Positions 39,201-51,205 of a stretch of 64,000 nucleotides of DNA are shown one piece after another. The stretch covers positions 5,518,001-5,582,000 of the forward strand of contig OZ281500.1 in assembly GCA_965637545.1 (NCBI GenBank). The letters are read 5' to 3'. Source of the DNA: Phallusia mammillata (Eukaryota). Both the position numbers and the translations under genes were made by a program. The notes beneath the pieces are model-generated. The model had not been told where the DNA came from. It searched no databases and saw only the letters and a program-made list of their open reading frames with translations. Every line of letters starts with the position of its first letter. Within the stretch, counting starts at the first letter, position 1.

Positions 39201-42200
39201 AATTACGCTATATTTTAGCACAACAGACTGCACTAACTAACCAATAACTGTATTCTGGTTTACCTGCAGAAAAGGGGAAGATAGAGTAACTTTTATGGTG
39301 CAGTTGTCGTTTTTACAGCAATTTTTCCCAGTATATTGTTCAGAACTTTGGACCAACGGCAAAGGTTTTACGAATATGCGTAATTTAAATACCTTTAGCA
39401 GAATGATGCGTGACAGAGTAAACGTCAAGTTCTTACAATATTGACCGTATTGTCCGCAGAAAGCAAATATTGCCAAATGAACTATACGTCTCAAATCGGC
39501 CTTACCCGTATGCATATAGTAGGCTACAGCAAGCTATATTAAAGTTCCCCATAGTTTTTACAACTTTAGTTGGACAAGTTTAAAATCGATGTTAGCATGT
39601 TGAAACACAAATGTCAAAAACATGTATTTTTATTATTTTAATAATCTCATAAAATACACTTGTGATGGAAAAGAGTGATGCGAAAACGAACTAAATTATA
39701 TTGAAATCTAATTTTAGTTCAGGTTATCGATTGTTAACGGAAAAGCGGATGTGATTGCAATTGTACGTAATGTGTAGAGTATATTTAGAATGTTGCCAGT
39801 GGTATTGGACCAACGACCTTACCACATTTCAGCAAATTAAGCTAACCTTTCCCTGCGCTGCAAATCACATTTTTACAAAATTCAATTTATTTCCTTTTTA
39901 GCTCGCCTAAGGTTGATAAACAAGTTTGATTTTTCATTATCCGCGAATTACAGGTACATTGTTTTCGTGCATTAAAACTTTACGGGCCATTTCACAATAC
40001 GATATAAATGCAATAGCTAGACATACACGAACAACACAATTTCGATACTAAACGACATTACATTTCCAAAGCCAATTCAAATCAATTATACACGATATAT
40101 ACGTGTCACTTTATTATTACACATATGTCATATATTGCATACATGTCCCAGCGGAAAAGAGACAGCACGCGAAGCACATTAATGCCAGTTTTCGATATAT
40201 TTGATTGACAACTAATCTTCCACTGTTCCCACAATACGTGCTACTGTTTATAGACCGAAACATACACGTTGTTCTGTCAATCATGCTTCGCGCCGTCCTC
40301 AAAATGACGTGTCGTTTCATGACATCACGCCAATACGTCATAATCCTGTTTAACAAGACAGCGAGAGAGCGTCAACATTTGCCATTGCCGCAGTTTCTAT
40401 CAACCAGCAGGGCAGCGAAATGTTTGCCGCACTAGTTCGCATGTGGTGTGAAATATGCATGATTGTGGGCTTTTTAGCTCAGCGTTGCGCCATAACACGA
40501 TTTAAGGGGCAGCGCCGTTTAGCGCGCGATGATAACAGGATATAGCAGCGCACAGTGTTAGGGCTTCTACAGTTATTGTTATTGCTGGCAAGGCGACCTT
40601 TTTTAGCCCCGCACGCCGAGTGCGCAGAAAACCGTGGGAAACGCAAGCATTGGAATGCCATTTGCCTGTTAATTTTATCGAATGCACATGTTGAGCGTTG
40701 ACAGTGGTTTGTGGGTTTGATTGTTGTCTACTTGCGTTGCGGTGTAGTATTGTGGCGAAGCCATTCTGCGCTTATCAAGACAGGAAGCGGCTGCTGTCAG
40801 CAGGACAAAGTCGACGCAACGGTTTGAAAGGAACCGTATGAGAATAAAGTAATGCGGGTCACTTAAAAACAATACAACATTGAGGTATGGTTGCTATGAG
40901 CTTCTTGTCAGACAGATTAGACGAGATAAAGTATGCGCCGTTGCTTGCAGCTCGACTTTCTAAAATTAGGTTTGAGTTGAGTTGCACGTAGTGTGAAGTG
41001 AGCTCATGACACTGTGTCAGTGGCAGTGCGTTCCTTTCTTTTACGACGACAAACTCGCCATGGAAGTAGATTAAACATTAGTACTATTGTTGAAAAACGT
41101 GCAAATATATATCCTAATATAAACGCATTCGCTCAACTGATACATGAATCAAAGAGATGAAATGGTCCTAATCTCCGTTTCGTTCGCTTTAAAACAAAAC
41201 TGTATCACGATTGCGTGCATGAAGCTGGTTCACAAACCCGTAACAGGCAAATACACATGTCACACACAGCTATAAGCAACGCCACCCCCATGTTGCATAC
41301 CTCAGTGTCGCACAGTACATTGGTTTTATTTGTTGACAAACGGCCGATTAATAAGTCGCTTGCCACAAATTGGTTCTTGCAGCGAACTAAGAGCTGCAAA
41401 ATTTAACAAGGGTTCAATAAGCCTGATTTTGCATTTGCAATTATTCTGTGTGATCAAGCGTTAACTAGACGGCCTTTAACGAGGAAAGCATGTTTGTGCA
41501 ATAAATGGGCTTTATTTCTTTAATGTGCTTTACACAGCAATAGGAAATGTTTTGAATGTTTTTTTTTTCATTTTTACAAACCTTTACAATATGTTTGCAT
41601 CATTTTGTGTACTAAAACAGTAGGAATGGATAGGGCTTTTTAGCAGTTCCACTTTTGAATATTTTTGTCCATTTATTTAGACATGGAAACCGTAGTAAGT
41701 GGAACAACGGGCCAGCCCTTTCTCAATAACACCGCCGCTTATGACAAAATCGCCGCACGACCGAAGAATCGAAAGACCAACCATCGCCGAAGCAAAGGCG
41801 TCAAGGTTTGTTAGTATTGTTATTGATGTTTTTGTTTTTTTTTGTAATTTTGTACAGCAATTTGATATTTGTTTTTACTGTATGTTTGAAGTGACAAAAA
41901 CCAAGACCTTTATATAGTAGTAAATGTTTTGTTTGTTGTGGTCACTCTTTTATGTCCCTTTGCTTGGTAACTCATGGTGTAATCAGTGGCTATTGTTATT
42001 GAAAAATATTTAAGCAACTACAGTTGTTGATTTTTCCTGTTGCAACACGACTACTGTCAATAAAATTATTGCTTTTGCCAATTTTCAGAGACCTGCTTCA
42101 GCTGGACCTGAACTTACAGAATCCATTAACTTTTGGGATGAAAGCAATGATGTTTTTGACAAAAAAGTGTTTTCCAGCAATGATATTGGTGAGTAGTAAC

Positions 42201-45200
42201 ATTTTAAATATGCTGCAGGATAACATGACAGCAAAATTATTCATCTTGACATTGCAATGGAATGTAATGGTGCAAAACGTCCTCTTTCATGCACTGCATT
42301 TTGTTAACCAATATACGTGATTGCAGTTTGTGTACACGGCATGTAATGTATGGATACAATGCAGCACATAGGATATGACATCAGCACACACATCCCTGCA
42401 TTAATTCTGAAAACATGTCATTGTGTGCTCATTTAAGCTAAAAATATATCCTAGCTGTTGCTAAGCCTGTTATGAGCACAAAAATTGTGTCATTTGGCAA
42501 GATGTACCCTACATTATTGAACAGTCACTGTGTATTAAACACAATAACCCAAAAAATGTTCCAATCATACAGCTGTCATAAAATGTTGTATTAAATACAA
42601 GTTAAAAATTGTTGAAAATATTGGGAATGGACAGTATATACACAAATCACACTTGTCAACTTAAATCTAGTTTAAGTATGACTATAATTAACTTTTATGA
42701 TGTAAACAAATATAGTAAATTAAATGTGAACATTTTTGCTGGCCAAAAAGGAAAAAAGGCACTTTCTTAATGTTACTGATATCCAAAAAATCCTGTTCTG
42801 ACTTAGCCTGGTAGTCTATAACAAATTACTTGACATAACATTTTTCATATATTTTGAAAATGTCTGTCTTGTTATAGGAACAAGACCAAAGTCAACCTCT
42901 CCAAGAAAGAAGCCCTTGGGGTCTGCAAAGGAAAATGAGGAACCAGAACAGCCAAAGTCTACAGTCAAAAAGTCCCACTCATTTAAAGGGCCTGGCCTTG
43001 TGCCAACATTACAAGACATGAAAGGTATAAAACTGAGAAAAACCCCAACAGACGAGAAAAATGATTTCTCCAAGTTTGGAGTAAATGGTGAAAACAAGGA
43101 ATCAGCTACAACACCAAAAGCTGCTCCGTCACCCAAACCGAGATGGACCAAAGTCAGCAAAACGACATCAAGTCCTGCTTATACTGAGCAGAAAAGTCCT
43201 AAATTAACCAAAGACACTTCAAAAACAAGCAAGTTTTCACCACCAAAGGTAAAAAAGCGCACAGAATCTTTGAATCAGAGCACTGAAAATGAAAGCCCTA
43301 AGAAATTAGATTTTAAACCAAGTTGGCTAAATGTCACACCAGCTAAAAAAGAAAATGAGGAGTCAGGAAAGGTTGTGACTACCCCTAGTGACATTAAGCC
43401 ATTCAAGTTGACACCTGTTAAACCTGAGATGGAAAAGGAAAAATCACCTAAAGAGGAGGTGAATTTTCTTGCAGTATTGGAAAAAAAAAAGAGCCTGAAG
43501 AGAGATAGCTTTAAGAAAGAAAAACCAATATTGTCTCCACTGGAAAACAAAACTGGAAAAGAGGATTCTAATGTAACCACAACTTCTGTTACTCCACTGG
43601 AAGAGGAGAGGCCTAAAAGTCCATTTGTACAACTAAGGAAAGTAAGAAATGACTCAGACAGCAGCACAGGGCATCCATCATCACCCGAGGAAAAATCTGT
43701 TGCAAACAAAAAGTCTGCAATAGTTGAAAAAATGGAAGTGGAAGAATCAAGTTCTGTATCTAAAGTGGCTTTGCTCAAAGCCAGAATGGATGGAGAAAAA
43801 ACGAATTCAACTTCAGTGCAAAGAAAACATTCAGGGCGACAAGTTGTCTCACCTAAACCAACAGTGGTTGAGAAGGAATCAACATCAAACCAAAAAGAAG
43901 ACAAGAGTGCAGACGAAAATAAACAACAACCACCATTACCCCAATTAAAGAACATTTCTCCAGTAACAGATGAAAAGCCTAAGATAGAAGAAGATGTCAA
44001 AGAGCAAAACAATGCACCCGTTTTTGCTGTTAAACTTAGAAAAACAAGGCCAAACAACCTACAAATCAAGGAGAATGAGTCTGTTGTTGAAAAAGATTTG
44101 GACAAAGAGAAAAGGCAATCTTCAGAATCAGAACCCACACCTAAAGAAACTACAAAAACGCCTTTAACAGAGGTAAAATTGCCTTTAGATGAGAAATTGA
44201 GCAAAAAAACTGAGAAGAAGGAAGTTGAAAAGTCACCAAAACATGCAGTGGAAAGTGGAAAATCACACCGGCAGTCAAATGGAGGTCGACACCAGTTCAG
44301 CAGCCCTGCTTTAAAAAGTGTGGAAAATAGTGAAAAAATCGTTCCAAAGTGGAACATTCCTAACAAGTCACAAACTGAAGTAAAGAAACTTGAAGTTGTG
44401 GACAATAGCCAAAAATCTGGTTTCAAGCCACCTGTTGCACCAAAGAGTCCATCAAAGTCTCCAACAAAGCTGAAGTCTCAGTTTGTGGCTGGAAACAACT
44501 TTAAAGCATCTTGGAATAAAAACAACAGCAATATAGCTATTAAAGAAGTAAACTCTGCTTTAGACTTGAGTGAAAACCCCAAGGTTAACATAAAAGAAAA
44601 CCCAGTGGTTATAGAAACAAAGCAAACTTCACCTCCAGCAGTGGCTAGAAAGCCAAAATCCCGCAGGGTTGCCACGAAAACACCTTCTGACCCTGCTACT
44701 GAAAAAGCACCAGAAACCAAAATTTCTAAGGATTCATCAAGTGATAAGACAAAAACTGAATTACCAGAAGTTGTTAAAGACCAGAATGAAAACGTGGCAC
44801 CCGGTAACGGACCATCATGGGTGTCGTTGGCCCGACGTCGATCTAAGAAGTGGGAAACTGCTATTGCCCCTAGTGCAGTTATTGATATCACAGAGACCAG
44901 TCAAAAGGTAACTGAAGTAATCAGTAGGCAACAGTTATTCATTTTGTTGGATACCAAAGTATTAATGTCACAAACATTGTGATAATTATGTAATTATCAG
45001 ATTTTGATTAGACATATTTTCACATACAATTCATTTTTAAACTGAATAAATTCATTTTGACAAACTAATAAAATCATTTGTTAAAACTTCAATCATTATT
45101 TTACAAAAAAAAACTATAATTAGTATTTTACAATCTTCCAATACCAACCACTTTTCAATTTGTTAAAATGATGTTCATTGTTTCTTTTTCTAGACAACAG

Positions 45201-45559
45201 AGAGCAAACCTGTAGAAGCAGAATCGAAACCAGCTCAAAAAGAAGACCAAAAACCCACAAGGAAGCCATCAATCACAGAAACAAGCAGGATATCATTTAA
45301 AAGCTCTTCCACTTTAGGACAGTACAAATCCAATCACAACAGCAAGAGTATGGAGGAAAGTAGACCAGCAGTGGAAAAAACTGCAGCCCTACGTTCCATC
45401 AGTTCAGACAATCATTCACAAGGCAAAGTACAGAAGATTAAAACTAACACTACCAAAAACCAAGCATCGCCCCCTGATGATGCAGTTAAGACAAACCCAC
45501 CTCCATGGTTTGCAATTGCCATGGCAAAGCAAAAGCGCTGGGTTGATGGCACTGTCTGA
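30259..45559 (+). CDS. CRACD: CRACD/KIAA1211/KIAA1210 family protein (DUF4592-type), about 1059 aa, mostly low-complexity K/E/S/P-rich
   Basis: Exons 30259-30307, 31253-31388, 31453-31648, 31851-31943, 36695-36779, 41681-41805, 42089-42188, 42878-44907, 45194-45559, all phase-consistent (3180 nt). Family motifs KKFKPFRAIKRMF, SLSHDSIFTPE, LNNTAAYDKIAARPKNRK and C-terminal PPWFAIAMAKQKRW. The symbol denotes the family; orthology to one vertebrate paralog is not established. Additional small exons in the long introns cannot be excluded. Confidence 0.8.
35882..36289 (+). CDS. Probable alternative first coding exon of the CRACD-like gene (136 codons)
   Basis: ATG-initiated K/R/S-rich ORF MPPKRRPGKDK...RRSDRSK ending at AAG|GTGAAT (phase 0), compatible with the acceptor at 36695. 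No phase-0 AG acceptor just upstream of the ATG, so it is unlikely to be an internal cassette exon. Confidence 0.6.
38040..38254 (+). mobile_element. hAT MITE family B, 215 bp, in a CRACD-like intron
   Basis: TIRs CAGTAGTTCTCAAACT / AGTTTGAGAACCACTG. Perfect TSD GCATAGTC at 38032-38039 and 38255-38262. Confidence 0.92.
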
Positions 45560-47464
45560 TTCATTTAATCAAATGCAATCCAATTTGTTTCTTTTTTTGT
45601 CTTTGTAGTACAATTTAGTGGTTGCAAATGTTAACTTTTTTGATGTTATTTGTCCTAAACAGCAGTTGCAACCACCCTTTCATCAAATTTTATGATGTTG
45701 CAATATTTATAGTATACATTTGTGATATTGTCGATCTATTGCGATGTGAGATTTTTTGTTTAAAGTGGTATAGTGTTTAATTTATCAACTCTACCTGTTA
45801 CTTTTTAATTGCAAACTTTGAAAGTTGATGCAACTACAACAGTAAAATCGTATGAGAGGGCCCCGTTACCTTGGCACCAGTGCCATTCATTGTTGTTGTT
45901 GTTGTTTGTCTTTGTCAAATGCAACATATTAAGTTGAATGTTGAACTGCGAAGCTATGTTAAAGTCTAATAGGTTTCAAATGTAGAAAAAAATTGGAGGA
46001 AAAATGTTACATATACCCTAAAATCTCACTTCCACTTCTACATGGAGAGATTTGATTACTCCTGTTCTACAAATAAAGATCCACAACCTTACAACTTACT
46101 TTGTAAACCCAAATCTTTATGAAGCCATAGTGCGGTTGTATTGTCTGCCTTTTCTGATATTCCCCTAATGTCAAATCTGATCAACTGCTGCAATTGCTTC
46201 ATTCATTTCTCACTACAATGCTCAAATTTGCTTGACTGATCTACAAAATATCCATAGATTTGTACGTTGTAGTGATTACAAAACACATTAACATTGTGAT
46301 AAAGTGAACAATGTGAGCCCATAAACTTCCTGATTTTCCATTTTGTACTTCTATCATCATTGGGCTGGAACATTGCCTGTTGCTTTAAACATGCATACTT
46401 GCAAGTGATATCTAATACAGTCCTACAGTTAAGATATGCTTTGCGTGAAATTTGCAGATCAAAACGATTTTGGGCCAGACAACTTGCCTTAGTTTTCTTG
46501 AGACTTTTTTCTTCCAATTAAAATAAATTCTTCCAAAATAAATTTGGTTCTACCTCCAATAATTTGAAGCTGGTATTTAGCATTTTAAAATTTTGTTACA
46601 AAACTGCATTACAAAAATGCCAAAAACAGAATAGAGTGGTTTAACTATGGCAAATGCAAAATCCCGTATCAGTATGGGCATTGAAAATATTGGCTGATTT
46701 ATCTCATCAACAATATCTAAAAAACTTATATCTGCCATAGATTGTGATAACTGACAGCAGGACTACAATAGAATTCAGAACAAATGCTCCATATCTATTT
46801 TGACATAGGTCTTCGTCAATACAAATTTTCATTGAATATATATTTGTTCATTGCACAGAATGATGAAACAACATAGTAAAATGAACACCACACCATGTAT
46901 TGAAAATACACAGCAATATGTAGCCGTTAATGAGACAAATGTTTTGAAAACTAAGGCATAAGGTGTTTTTTCCACGGTCACATAATTATTAAATATAGTG
47001 TATTTGTAAATATATCATGCTTTGTAAATTTATATGTCAACACATATATGTTGTTTGTATGTGATGCAGCACTCTACTGTTATTCCAGTCAGAGGCTAAA
47101 TCAAATATAAAACATGCAAATGGATTCTTATTGTTTGGATTTAAATTAAAGTAGTACCTTGATGCCACAAACAAATCAGAAAAAAATGAATAGGACCCCT
47201 TTTCAAAATGTATAAGGACAAGTATTTGCATGACAACATGTTGCTAATTAAAAGCAAAAGTGGTTTATAAATACTTGTGCAACACTAACTACAAATACAC
47301 ACTGCTGACTACCCACCAAGCTGGGTAGCATTTTTAGCAATATATATTGCAACGGGTTACTGACTACGTATTGGCACTTCTATGTATCTGACAGCCCAAG
47401 CCAGAAGAGCACCAACAGCCCAATGGGCCTTTTTCTGTGTACAATAAATGTGAAGCAATCCCTG

Positions 47465-50164
47465 CTAGGAATAGGTCACAACCATCCAAGCCAGAATAAA
47501 GTAAAACAGGCAAATTGGAAACACTGCTAGTGCTTTCCTCCCTTTTGGTTGACTATCGCCAAGAAATGCAACTGAAGCTGTAACAACAGTTATTGGTATC
47601 ATACACTGTAGGTGTGTTATGAGACACGGCCCTATAAAATAAACAGTTAAAAAATGGAAAAGCAACGCCAACATGTTAATATGGTGGAGGTAAACAAATA
47701 CTAAACTTACAATTTGGCCAGGTCTCTTAACATGGGCAGTAGTGCCCACCTCTAGGTATGTTGTTAAGTTAGGTGGTTGATATTCAATTTAGTTATACAA
47801 CACATAGAAACAGATTTTAGTAGATATAAGGCTCCTTAGTGTTAATAAATTTTAAAAGTACTGGAAAGTCTGGTATTGGCTGTTTAATGAAAGTTTTGCC
47901 CGTTGAACCTAACTTATCAATTCTTGAAACAATCTAAATTTAGCATAGCTATTTTGAATAAAATGCAAAACTGGAAAGAGTCACACTTACCAAAAATAGA
48001 CCATCCATATGCAGCTGCAACCAGGATAATGCGAATGACAACAAATACTATTGATTGTTCGAAAATTTTCACAAGAAACCAACAAATGATCATGGCAACG
48101 ACCAGGGGTAGTATGCAGTAGCCCAAAACACAAACACTTTGAAAGAATGAACTAAAACAATAAACAATGCAAATATGTAAAAAGATGGATTAATGTTTAT
48201 GCTTTGTGAAAACACATACATTTTACCACCCAGCAGTTGTGCATTAAGAGTCACAATTCCAGCACCAACCCAGACAACCACAAAAACCTCGGCAAACTGG
48301 GGTCCTTGTCCACCAGTAGTTTCATCTTTTGCACCTAAATAAGGGAATTTCTTGCCACAAATCTTATGTACTAACTAGAGATTGACTAAATCGATATTAA
48401 GGCAGGCACCAATCATGTCCTATTAAAAGCTCTGTGCTTGTAGAGTACAGTCAAAGTGCCAGATTATTTGCACACATGACATAACAATAAGTTTATCAGT
48501 ACATGAGTGTACCATGTTTTAAAAGTAAAACTCTGTTTATTCTTCCCATTTGAAATAAAATGTTTATAAAACTCAAAAAAATTTGTAAAAACTGACGTGT
48601 GTACAGTAGAGTAATTGTTTTTATTGTACATTAGACTTTGTTTACAGTTTATTGCGAATTTGTTAACTGTGTACATAAACCATTCAACGCTACCAGTGTT
48701 AGTAATTTATAGCAGATGTTTGACACAATTCTGACAGTGGCTTTAACTCCACCAATCTTATGTAATATAGCAAAACACACATTACTTACCATTCAAAAAA
48801 ACTGCAAGGATGACACAAAGAACTAATGGGCCCCATAAGTCCCCTGCAAAAAGTAAGTACTTTCATACAGCAAGCTTAAATATGTTTAAGGCAAAGTAGA
48901 TAAAAAAACAAATATAGTAAACTTCCAACATCATAATAAAGCCATTTCCGTAGTAAAAGTAGCAATACAATTGACTTAACAACATGTTTTTAAACAAGAG
49001 ATTTTTTATTAATCACTTACAGTCTCTCAATAGAAGTGAGTTGCTTCTTGGGTAGATAATGTGAGCAAACTTTGAACCAATAACTTTCATGTCACGGATC
49101 TGCAAACAAACGAATGATTTGAAACAACTATGAATTAGAGTTCCTTCTGGAGAAATTCTCGTCGAGAAATCTCGAAAAAATTGAGTCTCCAGTCTCGAGA
49201 AATAAATAAAAATTTCTCGAGAAAAATTACGTCATGTTTCATAAACAAACAGTAAATGTGACGCCTTTTTATTACGTGTATTTTTCGTTTCAACTTGCCC
49301 CTAGAGCGCACTGGGCACATTACTTTTTTCTTTTGCTCCCAAAACAGCGATTTTTAACGTGCGTTGCCATCAAACTTTCACCTTTCCCAGGCAGTAGTCA
49401 CACCTGGGTGCGTTATAACATGGATCTACAGTCGCTTTGTTTTTTTCCTGGTTTGCTAGCGGATTAGTACTCGCGATCGCTAATAGAAGCGAAAAAGCAT
49501 ATGATCGGAAATTTGTTTGTTTGTTTTTGTTAGAAAGTCGGCTTAAATAAAAATTTCGAGACTCTCGAGAAATGAATTTTTAATTTCTCATTTCTCGAGA
49601 AACGAAAAAGTCGAGAAATTGAGCAACCCTACTATGAATTAAACTGTGTGGAAATGGAAAATGTAATTGTCAGAACATGAAAAAGGATGGAACAATTTTG
49701 CAGCACACTTACAAATTCAATTTGAGAAAGGAAATTATTGTTTCTGTCGGAAATGTTATTTCAGTTTATAAAAAGCAGTCACAAATTTACCACAGCAAAA
49801 AAACAACTAAGTCAACAAGCTCAATTTTACAAAAAAAGTTGTCAAAAGCAACAGCGTGATTAGTTTAGCAAAATTTGTAAAAAGGTTGTAACTTGAGGCA
49901 AGTAAATCACTTTTCATACCCTGATGAAAACAATACAAAAATATGATGAACATAACCGATAACTTCAGCTATTTCTATAGACAGCTACACTACGGAGTAG
50001 CGAAACATAATTACAAATTAAGTCATACTCTTACTTACAAAAGTATCTTTAACAGGTTCATCAAGGGTTGAAAGTTCATCATCGTCTTCTTCTTCTGGAA
50101 CTTGAGGTTGTGCTATTTCTCCTTCTACTGGAACACTATAGGAGACATCTTGAAAATCAGCCAT
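47465..50164 (-). CDS. YIPF6: Yip1-domain family member 6, 215 aa
   Basis: Exons (-) 50164-50039, 49099-49021, 48843-48790, 48334-48220, 48151-47991, 47577-47465 (648 nt, phases consistent). Reads VPVEGEI...STLDEPVKDTFIRDMKVIGSKF...LLRDWDLWGPL...GPQFAEVF...LLGGKISFFQSVCVLGYCILPL...RKALAVFPICLFYF, hallmark YIPF6 sequence. Confidence 0.95.
49136..49631. mobile_element. hAT-type MITE (element G, 496 bp) in YIPF6 intron 1
   Basis: Ends TAGAGTTCCT / AGCAACCCTA (8/10 inverted match). Perfect TSD CTATGAAT at 49128-49135 and 49632-49639. Repeated CTCGAGA/TCGAGAAA subterminal motifs at both ends. Confidence 0.85.
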
Positions 50165-50432
50165 TTTTCAACAGCCAGCGGTTTGCCAAAAAACTGACTG
50201 AGTTGAGTTGAGTTGAGTTTATGGTAACACACATAAAAAAGGCAAATCAAAAAGTTAAAAAAAAAACGATTTTTGAGAATAAAATGTAAAAAAGAGCATC
50301 AAAAACTACTCTGCAGACAAACTGTTGCAAACCTAAAAATTGTTGACGAATTTTGCTCGCGTGATACGTCAAAGTTCACTAACAAGCAACTTTTACCTAA
50401 CCAGTGATGGTACACAGTTCGGTTTGCCAACG
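50165..50432. promoter_or_regulatory. Putative bidirectional promoter between YIPF6 and the esterase-like gene
   Basis: 268 bp between the YIPF6 ATG (50164, -) and a candidate signal-peptide ATG (50433, +). Contains (AACTC)4 followed by Inr-like TCAGTC/TCAGTT on the - strand. Depends on the uncertain esterase 5' exons. Confidence 0.3.
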
Positions 50433-51205
50433 ATGTTTTCTTTATTTCTATTTATTTTAATATTATGGTTTGTTTTGTATTTATATGTATGAACATATAT
50501 CTACCAATATATAATTTTACAGTTCGAGTCACGAGAACAAGAATCGTAGAGAACTTGTTTTTTCTTCAACGCTAACATGGCTGAGAAGCGGAGGTAACTG
50601 CCTTGTGTTCACAGTCACACAAAATGATTCAATTCGACCTACGAGTTTCCAGCAAATATAATGATTCTAACCCACAAGCTGACAACATTTTGATCGGAAT
50701 AGCGAATGAGTAGCGATAGGTCAATGTGTTTATTGGTTGGCGCGCAGTATTCAATGTCGTCGGAGACGGATTGGTGACATATGAACCCAGTTAAGCGAAC
50801 CGTATATAACAATGGGGATAGTTTTAAACACACAATTCTTTACCGATATAAATAAAATGCCTGACTAGATTGCCGAAGAGCCTGGATTACAAACCGACAA
50901 CACGTCACATATTTACTTGAAAAAGAAGAATGGTTTGTTTACATACAAATTTCGATACAAACCTTAGACTTTTTAACCAATTCAGTAGAATTTCTTACCT
51001 TGAGCTCTATTTTGCAATCGTGCGTAAAAAACCAAATAGAACATCTCAGTTATCTTGAAACCACACAGAAGCAAATCGTGTCGCAGCAAGAGACACAATA
51101 AGCGATCGCTGTTTTGATCGCCGCTTGGTTTTAAAATTTTGAAGCCAATTGAATTCTTGCTGCTAATGTATTGTATGTTACCTTAAAAAATGAAGATACA
51201 TCGAC

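Noticed and set aside
43275-44426. 383-aa minus-strand ORF (also 44478-44891, 42816-43160, 36004-36309)
   Set aside because: Antisense shadows of K/E/S-rich CRACD-like exons; F/L/S-rich with no motifs.
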